The position numbers and the translations under genes are program-made. DNA of 64,000 bases from assembly GCA_039586895.1 (NCBI GenBank), contig JBDHJM010000004.1, forward strand, positions 15,521 through 79,520, read 5' to 3'. Source of the DNA: Gemmatimonadota bacterium. Its GTDB lineage: Bacteria > Gemmatimonadota > Gemmatimonadetes > Gemmatimonadales > GWC2-71-9. The notes beneath the pieces are model-generated. The model ran no database searches, had not been told where the DNA came from, and was given only the letters and a program-made list of their open reading frames with translations. Positions 45,419 through 54,755 of this stretch are shown in pieces. The stretch's first letter is position 1, and every line of letters begins with the position of its first letter.

Positions 45419-46977
45419 GCGACGAGCGGCGCTCTCCCTCCGGGCTCCCCATCGAACAGGTGTACGGACCCGACGCCAGCCCGGCCGCCGACGAGCGGCC
45501 GGGCGCGTTTCCGTTCACGCGGGGCATCCACCCCACCATGTACCGCGGCCGGCTGTGGACGATGCGGCAGTACGCCGGCTTCGGCACCGCCGAACAGACG
45601 AACGCGCGCTTCCGCTCCCTGCTGGAAGCCGGGCAGACCGGCCTCTCCGTGGCGTTCGACCTGCCGACCCAGATGGGGTACGACTCCGACGCGCCGGAAT
45701 CACAGGGAGAGGTGGGCCGCGCGGGCGTGGCGATCGACACGGTTGACGACCTGGCGCGTGTGTTCGACCGCATCCCGCTGGAGGAAGTCTCCACGTCGAT
45801 GACCATCAACGCGACCGCGGCGGTGCTGCTGGCCATGTACGTCGTGGTGGCTGAAGAGCAGGGAGCCGGCCGCGGTAGGCTGCGCGGCACCGTGCAGAAC
45901 GACGTACTCAAGGAGTACGTGGCGCGCGGCACCTACATCTTCCCGGTGCAGCCGTCGCTGCGGCTGGTCACGGACATCTTCCGGTTCGTGGCCGCGGAGG
46001 GGATGCCGTTCAACCCGATCTCGGTGAGCGGCTACCACATGCGCGAGGCGGGTGCGACCGCCGTGCAGGAGCTCGCCTTCACACTGGCCAACGGTCTCGA
46101 GTACATCGACCGGGCCGTCGCGGCCGGGATTGAGGTCGAACAGATCGCGCCGCGCGTATCGTTCTTCTTCGCCGCGCACAACGACCTGTTCGAGGAAGTG
46201 GCCAAGTTCCGGGCCGGCCGCCGGCTCTGGGCCAAGCTCATGCGCGAGCGCTACGGCGCCGGCGACGCGAGCTGCCGCCTGCGGTTCCACACGCAGACGG
46301 GCGGCTCCACGCTCACCGCGCAGCAGCCGCTCAACAACGTGGTCCGGGTCGCCGTCCAGGCCCTGGCCGCAACGCTGGGAGGCACGCAGTCGCTCCACAC
46401 CAACAGCTACGACGAGGCGCTGGCGCTGCCCAGTCCGGAGGCCGCGCATCTGGCGCTGCGCACCCAGCAGATCCTCGCGCACGAGTCGGGCACGGCACAG
46501 ACGGTGGATCCTCTGGGTGGCTCCTACTACGTGGAGGCGCTCACTGACCGGCTGGAGGCGGAGGTGCGCACCCTGATGGATGAGGTTGCGGAGCGGGGCG
46601 GGGCCGCACGCGCCGTCGAGTCCGGTTTCCTGCAGGATGCCATCGCGAGCTCGGCCTACGAGTACCAGCGCTCGGTGGAGCGCGGCGATGTGGTCGTGGT
46701 GGGTGTGAACCGCTTCGCCGAGGGAGAGGGCTCGACCGCAATCGCCGAGCCCGACTACACCGCGCTGGCCGAGCAGCAGTTGGAGCGCGTCAGACTGGCC
46801 CGGGTAAAGCGCGATGGAGCTGCCTGCGGTACGGCGCTCGAGACCCTCGCCGAGGCCGCGCGAGGCGAGGAGCCGCTCATGCCGCTCATCATAGAGGCCG
46901 TGCGGGCCAGGGCCACGGTGGGCCAGATCAGCGACACCCTGCGGGAGGTGTGGGGCAGCTACAGGCCGCGAGGCTGA
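45415..46977 (+). CDS. Methylmalonyl-CoA mutase family, catalytic (large, N-terminal) subunit without a B12-binding domain
   Basis: [43 protein letters not shown] and [14 protein letters not shown]. It ends before any DxHxxG B12-binding domain. GTGA overlap with fbp. Confidence 0.88.
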   Translation: MSDERRSPSGLPIEQVYGPDASPAADERPGAFPFTRGIHPTMYRGRLWTMRQYAGFGTAEQTNARFRSLLEAGQTGLSVAFDLPTQMGYDSDAPESQGEVGRAGVAIDTVDDLARVFDRIPLEEVSTSMTINATAAVLLAMYVVVAEEQGAGRGRLRGTVQNDVLKEYVARGTYIFPVQPSLRLVTDIFRFVAAEGMPFNPISVSGYHMREAGATAVQELAFTLANGLEYIDRAVAAGIEVEQIAPRVSFFFAAHNDLFEEVAKFRAGRRLWAKLMRERYGAGDASCRLRFHTQTGGSTLTAQQPLNNVVRVAVQALAATLGGTQSLHTNSYDEALALPSPEAAHLALRTQQILAHESGTAQTVDPLGGSYYVEALTDRLEAEVRTLMDEVAERGGAARAVESGFLQDAIASSAYEYQRSVERGDVVVVGVNRFAEGEGSTAIAEPDYTALAEQQLERVRLARVKRDGAACGTALETLAEAARGEEPLMPLIIEAVRARATVGQISDTLREVWGSYRPRG

Positions 46978-46984
46978 GCCCGCC

Positions 46985-47013
46985 TTGACCCCGGACCGCC
47001 CCCGGGGTAAGTT
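46985..47013 (+). promoter_or_regulatory. Candidate promoter upstream of the zinc-ribbon gene (TTGACC-17 nt-TAAGTT)
   Basis: Located in the 69-nt gap after mcm. The -10 ends 33 nt before ATG 47047. Confidence 0.4.
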
Positions 47014-47046
47014 CCCTATCCTGTTGTAATTAATGGACTTGCGAGC

Positions 47047-47361
47047 ATGCCGACGTACGGTTATCGCTGCCCCGAATGCGCGCACGAGTACGAGGCGTTC
47101 CAGAAGATGACGGATGCCACGCGCACCAAATGTCCCAAGTGCCACACCCCGGGCGAGCGGCAGATAACGGGTGGAGCGGGGATCCACTTCAAGGGATCCG
47201 GATTCTACATAACCGACTACGGGCGTACCGGCGCTGAGAAGCCCGCGCCTGACGGCGGCAAGGCCAAGTCCGACGGCGGGAAACCCTCGGGTGGGGACGC
47301 CAAGAAGCCGGCCGCGTCGGACGGCGCCAAGTCCTCCAAGAAAAAGGGAGACAACTCCTGA
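47047..47361 (+). CDS. FmdB-family CxxC-CxxC zinc-ribbon protein with Lys/Gly/Asp-rich tail
   Basis: MPTYGYRCPECAHEYE ... KCPKC motif, then a low-complexity tail (KAKSDGGKPSGGDAKKPAASDGAKSSKKKGD). Confidence 0.8.
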   Translation: MPTYGYRCPECAHEYEAFQKMTDATRTKCPKCHTPGERQITGGAGIHFKGSGFYITDYGRTGAEKPAPDGGKAKSDGGKPSGGDAKKPAASDGAKSSKKKGDNS

Positions 47362-47390
47362 GCGTAGGGGCCGACCGGCTTCGTGAGGCT

Positions 47391-49004
47391 TTGCAGGACG
47401 TGGTGGGTGCTATGGGCGCGCCCGACACCGCGATCCAGCTCGATCGCCCGCGGGACCCGACACACGGTGACCTGGCCACAAACGTGGCGCTGCAGCTCGC
47501 CAAGCCGCTCAAGCGGCCGCCCCGCGAGCTGGCCGAGACCATTTTGGCCAGGCTGGACGCGCCGCCGGGGCTGATCACCAAGACCGAGATCGCGGGGCCC
47601 GGGTTCATCAACTTCTGGCTCGCCGATGCGGCGGTCGCCGAGGTGCTGCGCTCGATCCTGGCGGCGGGAGCCGGCTACGGACACTCGACCGGCGGGGCGG
47701 GGCGCCGCGTCAACGTCGAGTTCGTCTCCGCCAACCCCACCGGCCCGCTGCACGTGGGCCACGGGCGCGGCGCTGCGCTGGGAGACGCCATCGCGGCGCT
47801 GCTCGAAGCCACCGGACACGAGGTCGAACGCGAGTTCTACGTGAACGACGCCGGGCTGCAGATCGAGCGGCTGGCGGCGTCGCTGTGGGCCAGGGTGCAG
47901 CAGGCCGCCGGGCGCGAAGCGGAGATTCCGGAGGGCGGCTACCACGGCGCGTACCTCGAGGAGCAGGCGCGCAGTCTGCTGGCTGACGATCCGGGATTCG
48001 CCGACCGGCCGGCGGAGCAGGGGCTGGTGCTGTGCCGCGAGGCTGCCGTGGCGGCGCAGCGCGCGGAGCAGGACCGCGACCTGGCCGACTTCGGCGTGCG
48101 GTTCGACGTCATCTACCGGGAGTCGGAGCTGTACCGCGACGACCTGCTCGCCGAGACGCTGGCCGAGCTGGATGCGAAGGGTCTCACCTACGAGCACGAA
48201 GACGCGCTCTGGCTCAGGACGTCGGAGTACGGCGACGGCAAGGACAGGGTGCTGCGCAAGCGTGACGGCGCCTACACGTACTTCCTGCCCGACATAGCGT
48301 ATCACCGCACCAAGGCGCAGCGGGGGTTCGACCTCGCCATCGACGTGTGGGGCGCGGACCACCACGGCTACGTGCCGCGCATGACCGCCGCGATGGTCTC
48401 ACTGGGGCAGTCGGCGCAGTTCTTCCGCGCGGTGATCGTGCAGCTCGTTCGGGTCATGCGGCACGGGGCAGAGGTGCGCTTCTCGAAACGCTCCGGCGAG
48501 TTCGTGACGCTGCGCGATCTCTATGAGGAGACGGGCGTGGACGCTGCCCGGTACTTCTTCCTCATGCGCAAGGGCGACGCACAGTTCGTGTTCGACATCG
48601 ACCTGGCAACAAAGCAGTCGGAGGAGAACCCGGTCTACTACGTGCAGTACGCGCACACGCGCATGGCGGGCATCTTCCGCACCGCCGGAGTCGAGGCGGA
48701 GGACGTCTCGGCCGACGGTGCGGACCTTTCGCTCCTGGGAGAGGAGCTGGAGCAGGACCTGATCAAGCGGCTGGCCGAGTTCCCGGCGCTGGTGGACAAG
48801 GCGGCGGAATCGCTCGAGCCGCACCGCATCATAACCTATCTCGAGGAAGTGGCCCGGCTGGTAAACGCCTGGTACCATCACCACCGCGTGCTTGGCGTGG
48901 ACGAGGGCGTCGAGCGGGCGCGCCTGGTTCTCGCCCGGGGCGCACAAGTCGTGCTGGCAAACGGACTCGCGCTTCTGGGGGTGAGTGCCCCCGAGCGCAT
49001 GTGA
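47391..49004 (+). CDS. argS: Arginine--tRNA ligase
   Basis: HIGH-type motif (NPTGPLHVGHGRG) and DALR anticodon-binding C-terminus. TTG start at 47391; the start is uncertain. Confidence 0.92.
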   Translation: MQDVVGAMGAPDTAIQLDRPRDPTHGDLATNVALQLAKPLKRPPRELAETILARLDAPPGLITKTEIAGPGFINFWLADAAVAEVLRSILAAGAGYGHSTGGAGRRVNVEFVSANPTGPLHVGHGRGAALGDAIAALLEATGHEVEREFYVNDAGLQIERLAASLWARVQQAAGREAEIPEGGYHGAYLEEQARSLLADDPGFADRPAEQGLVLCREAAVAAQRAEQDRDLADFGVRFDVIYRESELYRDDLLAETLAELDAKGLTYEHEDALWLRTSEYGDGKDRVLRKRDGAYTYFLPDIAYHRTKAQRGFDLAIDVWGADHHGYVPRMTAAMVSLGQSAQFFRAVIVQLVRVMRHGAEVRFSKRSGEFVTLRDLYEETGVDAARYFFLMRKGDAQFVFDIDLATKQSEENPVYYVQYAHTRMAGIFRTAGVEAEDVSADGADLSLLGEELEQDLIKRLAEFPALVDKAAESLEPHRIITYLEEVARLVNAWYHHHRVLGVDEGVERARLVLARGAQVVLANGLALLGVSAPERM

Positions 49005-49942
49005 GGCAGCGGATGAGCCTATTGGTCGTGGGGAGCGTGGCGCTGGATTCGGTGGAGACTCCGTTCGGTTCCAATACGGACGCGCTGGGCGGGTCGGCGG
49101 TCTACTTCAGCCACGCAGCGGGCATTCTGCACCCGGTGCAGGTCGTGGGAGTGGTGGGCAGCGACTTCCCCGAGGAGCCTCTAGCGCGGCTCGCGGCTCA
49201 GGGAGCCGACCTGCAGGGCGTCGAGCGCCGTGACGGAGAGAGCTTCCGCTGGAAGGGGAAGTACTCCTACGACCTGCAGAACCGGGATACCCTGGACACG
49301 CGCCTGGGCGTGTTCGCGGAGTTCGATCCCAAGATCCCGGATGCATTCCGCGATGCGCGCTACGTGTTCCTGGGGAACATCGACCCCGAGCTGCAGCTCG
49401 GAGTGCTGGACCAGATCCACGAGCCCGCGCTGGTGGCGTGCGACACCATGAACTACTGGATCCAGGGCAAGCGCGACCAGCTGATGGACCTGCTGCAGCG
49501 CATCGACGTGCTGCTCGTGAACGACGCAGAGGCGCGTGAGCTATCCGGTGACTGGAACGTTTACCGCGCGGCCCGGTGGATCGTGAACCATGGACCGCGC
49601 ATCGTGGTGATCAAGCAGGGCGGCTTCGGTGCGGTGCTGTACGAGAATGACCGGGTCTTCTACATACCGGCGTACCCGCTGGAGGAGGTGTTCGACCCCA
49701 CGGGCGCGGGTGATTCGTTCGCAGGCGGGTTCATGGGACATCTGGCCCGCACCGACGATGCTTCGCCCGACAACCTGCGCCGGGCGATGGTCTACGGTTC
49801 CGCCATGGGATCGTTCGCCGTGGAGCGCTTTTCGGTCGACCGTTTCCTGGAGCTGGGGCCGGCGGAGGTCACGGCCCGCGCCCGCGAGTTCGCCGAGCTG
49901 GTGCGGTTCGACATCCAGCCGGAGCACGAGCATGTCGGCTGA
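49001..49942 (+). CDS. PfkB-family carbohydrate/nucleoside kinase
   Basis: PfkB signatures GGSA.Y and DPTGAGDSFAGGF. GTGA overlap with argS. Confidence 0.8.
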   Translation: MRQRMSLLVVGSVALDSVETPFGSNTDALGGSAVYFSHAAGILHPVQVVGVVGSDFPEEPLARLAAQGADLQGVERRDGESFRWKGKYSYDLQNRDTLDTRLGVFAEFDPKIPDAFRDARYVFLGNIDPELQLGVLDQIHEPALVACDTMNYWIQGKRDQLMDLLQRIDVLLVNDAEARELSGDWNVYRAARWIVNHGPRIVVIKQGGFGAVLYENDRVFYIPAYPLEEVFDPTGAGDSFAGGFMGHLARTDDASPDNLRRAMVYGSAMGSFAVERFSVDRFLELGPAEVTARAREFAELVRFDIQPEHEHVG

Positions 49943-50951
49943 CCGCTACAAAGAGGCCGGCGTCGACCTGGACGCAGCAGAGCGCGCGAAGGAGCGCATA
50001 GCAGAGGCGGTGGCCTCGACGCGCACCGGCCTGGCGCGAGGCGCCATCGGCGCGTTCGGCGGCATGGTGCGCCTGCCCGATGAAATCGACCGGCCCATCC
50101 TGGTGACCAGCACCGACGGTGTCGGCACCAAGGTGCTCGTGGCGATCCGTGCCGGACGGCATGACTCCGTCGGCGAGGACCTGGTCAACCATTCGGTGAA
50201 CGACATCCTAGTCCACGGGGCGCGGCCGCTGGCATTCCTGGACTACCTGGCGGTGGCGGAGGTCTCCACCGAGACGATCGCCGCACTGGTGGAGGGGGTC
50301 GCGCGCGGCTGCCGCGGCCACGACATGACGCTGGTGGGCGGCGAGACGGCGCAGCTCCCCGACCTGTACCACGCGGGGCACTACGATCTGGCCGGCACGA
50401 TCATCGGGGTGGTGGGCGAAGACAGCGCACTGCACGGCGCCGCCGTGCAGGCCGGGGACGTGCTCGTGGGGTACGCGGCGAGCGGACTTCACACCAACGG
50501 TTACACCCTGGCGCGCAGCGTGGTGTTCGACGAACTGGGGCTGGACGTGGACGGCGAGCTGCCGGGCCTCGGGATCACCGTGGCGGACGAGCTGCTCAAG
50601 GTGCACCGCAGCTACTGGAGGGCGATTGCTCCGGCGCTCGATTCAGTGCACGCGCTGGCGCACATCACGGGCGGGGGGATCCCGGGCAACCTGGGGCGCT
50701 CACTGCCAGAAGGCTGTGCCGCCGAGGTGGAGCGGGATGCGTGGCCGGTGCCGCCGGTGTACTCGTTGCTGCAGGACGCGGGCAAGGTGAGCGCCGATGA
50801 GATGTATCGGGTGTTCAACATGGGAATCGGCATGATCGCGGTCGTGCCGCCCGAGAGCGTGGAGCAGGTGCGTGACGCCGCGCGGGGCGACGCGGTGCAG
50901 ACCTGGGTGGTGGGCAGCATCGTAGAGGGAGAGGGTGTCCGGATCGTCTGA
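49932..50951 (+). CDS. purM: Phosphoribosylformylglycinamidine cyclo-ligase (AIR synthetase)
   Basis: YKEAGVDLDA N-terminus, SDGVGTK-like TDGVGTK, and GGETAQ motifs. ATG 49932 lies in frame within ORF 49629..50951. Confidence 0.95.
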   Translation: MSADRYKEAGVDLDAAERAKERIAEAVASTRTGLARGAIGAFGGMVRLPDEIDRPILVTSTDGVGTKVLVAIRAGRHDSVGEDLVNHSVNDILVHGARPLAFLDYLAVAEVSTETIAALVEGVARGCRGHDMTLVGGETAQLPDLYHAGHYDLAGTIIGVVGEDSALHGAAVQAGDVLVGYAASGLHTNGYTLARSVVFDELGLDVDGELPGLGITVADELLKVHRSYWRAIAPALDSVHALAHITGGGIPGNLGRSLPEGCAAEVERDAWPVPPVYSLLQDAGKVSADEMYRVFNMGIGMIAVVPPESVEQVRDAARGDAVQTWVVGSIVEGEGVRIV

Positions 50952-52044
50952 CGCTGCGGCGGCAGAGCTGCGCGCCATGGAGCGTGCCATGGAGCTGGCG
51001 CGCCGTGGCTGGGGCAGGGTGTCACCCAACCCGCTGGTGGGCGCCGTGCTGCTCCGGGACGGTCAGGTTGCCGCCGAGGGAGCGCACGCCGAGTTCGGTG
51101 GGCCCCACGCGGAGGCCGCGGCGCTCAAGGAGTGCGACGACGCGCGCGGCACCACCTGCGTCGTCAACCTCGAGCCGTGCTCCCACGCGGGCAAGACTCC
51201 GCCCTGTGCCGATGCTCTGATCGACGCGGGAGTGGCGCGCGTCGTATACGCCGTCCCTGACCGCGATGCGGAGGCCGGCGGAGGGGCTGCGAAGCTGCGG
51301 GCTGCAGGTGTCAAAGTGGAATCCGGTCTGCTGGCCGCAGGCGCGGCCGCTCTGAACGCTCCCTTCCTGTGGGCGCAGCGGCGCTCCGACCGGCCGTTCG
51401 TGGCTCTCAAGGTCGCGACCTCGCTTGACGGGCTGCTGGCCGACGAGGGCGGGCGGTCGCAGTGGATATCGGGTGAGGAGGCGCGCGACTATGCGCACTG
51501 GCTGCGGGCGGGCTTCGACGCGATCGCTGTGGGACGGCGCACCGTGGCGGTGGACGATCCCCAGCTTACCGTGCGCGGGAAGCTGCAGCCGCGCGTGCCG
51601 CCGGTGCGGATCATCATCACCAAGAGCGGAATGGTGCCGCACAAGCACGCTGTTGTGCGCACCGCGCAAAACGTGCCGACGATAGTCGTGACGGGATCCC
51701 ACACGGTGGAGCGCACGGAGCGCGACCTGGCCGGCACCGGGGTGCGGGTGCTCGCGGCCGACGGGCTCGATGCCGTGCTCGCCGTGCTGCGGCAAGAGGG
51801 TATGCGCTCGGTGCTGGTGGAGGGGGGCGGGTCGCTGGCCGGAGCGCTGCTCGAGGCCCACCTGGTGGACCGGATCTACTGGATCCAGGCGCCCCTGTGG
51901 CTCGGAGTCGGGGTGCCGGCGTTCGGCGACCGAGCCGGCCTGCCTCTGGAGGACAGCAAGCGCTGGGTGGTCACCGAGCGTAGGGCTCTGGGACCGGATA
52001 CATTACTGGTAGTAGACCGCGAGCTATGTTTACCGGAATCGTGA
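50935..52044 (+). CDS. ribD: Bifunctional riboflavin biosynthesis deaminase/reductase RibD
   Basis: Deaminase zinc motifs HAE...PCSH.GKTPPC, then a reductase domain. Overlaps the purM 3' end by 17 nt. Confidence 0.92.
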   Translation: MSGSSDAAAAELRAMERAMELARRGWGRVSPNPLVGAVLLRDGQVAAEGAHAEFGGPHAEAAALKECDDARGTTCVVNLEPCSHAGKTPPCADALIDAGVARVVYAVPDRDAEAGGGAAKLRAAGVKVESGLLAAGAAALNAPFLWAQRRSDRPFVALKVATSLDGLLADEGGRSQWISGEEARDYAHWLRAGFDAIAVGRRTVAVDDPQLTVRGKLQPRVPPVRIIITKSGMVPHKHAVVRTAQNVPTIVVTGSHTVERTERDLAGTGVRVLAADGLDAVLAVLRQEGMRSVLVEGGGSLAGALLEAHLVDRIYWIQAPLWLGVGVPAFGDRAGLPLEDSKRWVVTERRALGPDTLLVVDRELCLPES

Positions 52045-52634
52045 CCGCGATGGGGACGGTGGCGAAGGTCGAGCGCGACGGCGACCGCTTCGCGCTCACC
52101 GTCGAGGCGCCGTATCCCGACCTGACGGTTGGCGAGAGCATCGCGATCAACGGCGCGTGCATGACGATCGTGGAACGGGACGACGCTTGGTTCAAAATCG
52201 AGGCTGTGGTCACGACCCGCGGGCGCACGCGATTCGGGGAACTCCAGCCGGGTGACCGCGTGAACCTGGAGCGCGCCATGTCGGCGGGCGACCGCTTCGG
52301 CGGTCACGTCGTGCTGGGGCACGTGGACGGAGTGGGGGAGGTGACGGGCGTTACGCCTCGAGAGGACGCCGTGCTGATCGACATCGCGGTGCCTCCGGAG
52401 GTGGGCGAGCTGTGCATCCCGTACGGCTCAATCACGGTGGACGGCGTGAGCATGACGGTCAACGCACTGCCTGCGCCGGGTGTCGTGCAGCTCTCCGTGA
52501 TCCCGTTCACGCGGGTGGAGACGACTCTGGGGAGCCTGCAGCCAGGAGACGGGGTGCATCTGGAGGCGGATGTGATCGGGAAGTACGTACGGCAGCTGAT
52601 GGACAAGCGAAGCGGGCAGGCAGCGGGCGAGTAG
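52026..52634 (+). CDS. ribE: Riboflavin synthase
   Basis: MFTGIV N-terminus and duplicated lumazine-binding repeats (GESIAINGACMT / GSITVDGVSMT). Confidence 0.93.
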   Translation: MFTGIVTAMGTVAKVERDGDRFALTVEAPYPDLTVGESIAINGACMTIVERDDAWFKIEAVVTTRGRTRFGELQPGDRVNLERAMSAGDRFGGHVVLGHVDGVGEVTGVTPREDAVLIDIAVPPEVGELCIPYGSITVDGVSMTVNALPAPGVVQLSVIPFTRVETTLGSLQPGDGVHLEADVIGKYVRQLMDKRSGQAAGE

Positions 52635-52653
52635 CGGGGTCACCGGCAGCAAC

Positions 52654-53874
52654 ATGGATGATGTGACGATGCCGTTCGGGACGATTGAGCAGGCCATAGA
52701 GGACATCAAGGCGGGGAGGCTCGTCCTCGTCGCGGACGACGAAGACCGCGAGTCGGAGGGCGACCTCGTCGGCGCCGCACAGCACGTGACGCCTGACATG
52801 ATCAACTTCATGGCGAAGCACGGCCGCGGACTGATCTGCCAGACGCTCATGCCGGAGCGCTGTCAGGCACTTGGGCTGCCGCAGATGGCGGATGAGAACC
52901 AGGACGCCTACGAGACCGCGTTCACGGTGAGCGTGGACGCCGCCAAGCGGTTCGGAGTCACCACCGGGATCTCGGCGGTGGACCGCGCCAAGACGGTCCA
53001 GGTCGTGATCGATCCTGAAACCGCGCCAAGCGACCTGAGACGCCCCGGGCACGTGTTCCCCCTGCGGGCGCGCCCCGGCGGTGTGCTGCAGCGGGTGGGG
53101 CACACCGAGGCGAGCGTGGACCTGGCCCGTCTCGCCGGTCTGTATCCGTCGGGCGTGATCTGTGAGGTGCTGGCGGAGGACGGGATGATGATGCGGCGGA
53201 CCCAGCTTGAGGAGTTCGCCGCGGAGCACGAGCTCACCTTCGTGACGGTCGCACAGGTCGTCGCCTACCGGCTCAAGACCGAGCGGCTGGTGCACCGCGC
53301 GGCCGAGGCGAAGCTCCCCACGCCGTTCGGTGACTTCCACATCATCGGCTACGAGAACGACGTGGACGCGGCGGAGCACGTGGCGCTGGTCTTCGGTGAC
53401 GTGGACGGAGTACAGAACGTGATGGTGCGGATGCACTCCAAATGCCTCACTGGCGACGTGTTCGGCTCGCACCGCTGCGACTGCGGCCCGCAGCTGCACG
53501 CCGCTATGAGGCGGATCGCAGCCGAGGGTGCGGGTGTCATCGTGTACCTCGACCAGGAGGGCCGCGGCATCGGTCTCGTGAACAAGCTCAAGGCCTACGA
53601 GCTGCAGGATGCTGGCAGCGACACGGTCGAGGCCAACGAGGCGCTGGGCTTCGAACCCGACCTGCGCAACTACGGCATCGGTGCACAGATACTCGTCGAC
53701 CTTGGTCTCAGCTCGATCCGGGTGATGACGAACAATCCCCGCAAGATGGTCGGCCTGGACGGCTACGGGCTCGAGATCGTGGAGCGCGTGCCGCTGGTGG
53801 CCGATGCGACCAACGAGAACCGCGCTTACCTCGAGGTCAAGCGGGACAAGCTCGGCCACCTCTTCGCCCACTGA
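52654..53874 (+). CDS. ribBA: Bifunctional 3,4-dihydroxy-2-butanone-4-phosphate synthase / GTP cyclohydrolase II
   Basis: DHBP synthase motifs (DDEDRE.EGD, GHTEAS) and GCH-II motifs ([15 protein letters not shown]). Alternative start ATG 52669. Confidence 0.94.
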   Translation: MDDVTMPFGTIEQAIEDIKAGRLVLVADDEDRESEGDLVGAAQHVTPDMINFMAKHGRGLICQTLMPERCQALGLPQMADENQDAYETAFTVSVDAAKRFGVTTGISAVDRAKTVQVVIDPETAPSDLRRPGHVFPLRARPGGVLQRVGHTEASVDLARLAGLYPSGVICEVLAEDGMMMRRTQLEEFAAEHELTFVTVAQVVAYRLKTERLVHRAAEAKLPTPFGDFHIIGYENDVDAAEHVALVFGDVDGVQNVMVRMHSKCLTGDVFGSHRCDCGPQLHAAMRRIAAEGAGVIVYLDQEGRGIGLVNKLKAYELQDAGSDTVEANEALGFEPDLRNYGIGAQILVDLGLSSIRVMTNNPRKMVGLDGYGLEIVERVPLVADATNENRAYLEVKRDKLGHLFAH

Positions 53875-53875
53875 C

Positions 53876-54355
53876 GTGAGCGCCGCGGCCAAGGACACCA
53901 CGCCCGGGCCCCGCCGGGCGCTGATCGTCGCCAGCCGGTTCAACGAAGGCGTCACGCAGCGTCTGGCCGACGGTGCGAGGGCCGGGCTCGCCGAGGCCGG
54001 CTACGGGGAGGAGCGCGTGGACCTGCTGTGGGTGCCGGGCGCGTTCGAACTGCCGGTGGCCGTGCACCGAGCGCTCTCCACCGGCCGATACGAGCTCGCC
54101 GTCGCACTGGGTGCGGTCATCCGCGGAGAGACCCCCCACTTCGACTACGTCGCCGGCGCAGCCGCGCACGGGCTGGCCGACGTTGCGACCCGCCATGGCA
54201 CGCCCGTGGGTTTCGGGCTCCTCACCTGCGACACTCTGGCGCAGGCCCTGGCCCGGGCGGGCGGCGAGGCGGGAAACAAGGGCGAGGAGGCCGCACGCGC
54301 GGCCGTCGAAACCTTGCGGGCCGTGCAGCGCATGGAGACCGGTGCTCCGGACTGA
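53876..54355 (+). CDS. ribH: 6,7-dimethyl-8-ribityllumazine synthase
   Basis: VASRFNEGVT, VPGAFELP and VIRGETPHFDYV motifs. GTG 53876 lies 1 nt after the ribBA stop. Confidence 0.92.
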   Translation: MSAAAKDTTPGPRRALIVASRFNEGVTQRLADGARAGLAEAGYGEERVDLLWVPGAFELPVAVHRALSTGRYELAVALGAVIRGETPHFDYVAGAAAHGLADVATRHGTPVGFGLLTCDTLAQALARAGGEAGNKGEEAARAAVETLRAVQRMETGAPD

Positions 54356-54755
54356 GACGCGGCGGAGGGCGCGTGCGCTGCAGTTGCTGTACGCGTGGGA
54401 GCTGCAGGAGCGGCCTCCAATGGAGGGGGTGGTCGAGTGCCTGATGCGCACGGACCCCCGCTGGCGGGCCGGTCTGGAGGATGCGGAGCCCCTGGCCGCT
54501 GCCATAGCCGCGGAGGTAGATACGCTGGACGGCGAGATCGCCGCGGCCGCCGACAACTGGCGGCTGGACCGGATCGGCACCGTCGAGCAGAACATCCTAC
54601 GGCTCGGACTGCACGAGCTCCGCAGCGGCGCCACGCCGCCCCGGGTGGCAATCAGCGAGGCCGTGCGCCTGGCGCGCTGGTTCGCCGGTCCCAAGGCGCC
54701 GTCGTTCGTGAACGGTGTGCTGGACGCCGTCGCGCGCCGGGCGGGCCGCCTGTGA
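54342..54755 (+). CDS. nusB: Transcription antitermination factor NusB
   Basis: RRRARALQLLYAWE N-terminus, ILRLGLHEL and AISEAVRLA..F motifs. The GTG 54342 start is uncertain. Confidence 0.86.
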   Translation: MLRTETRRRARALQLLYAWELQERPPMEGVVECLMRTDPRWRAGLEDAEPLAAAIAAEVDTLDGEIAAAADNWRLDRIGTVEQNILRLGLHELRSGATPPRVAISEAVRLARWFAGPKAPSFVNGVLDAVARRAGRL

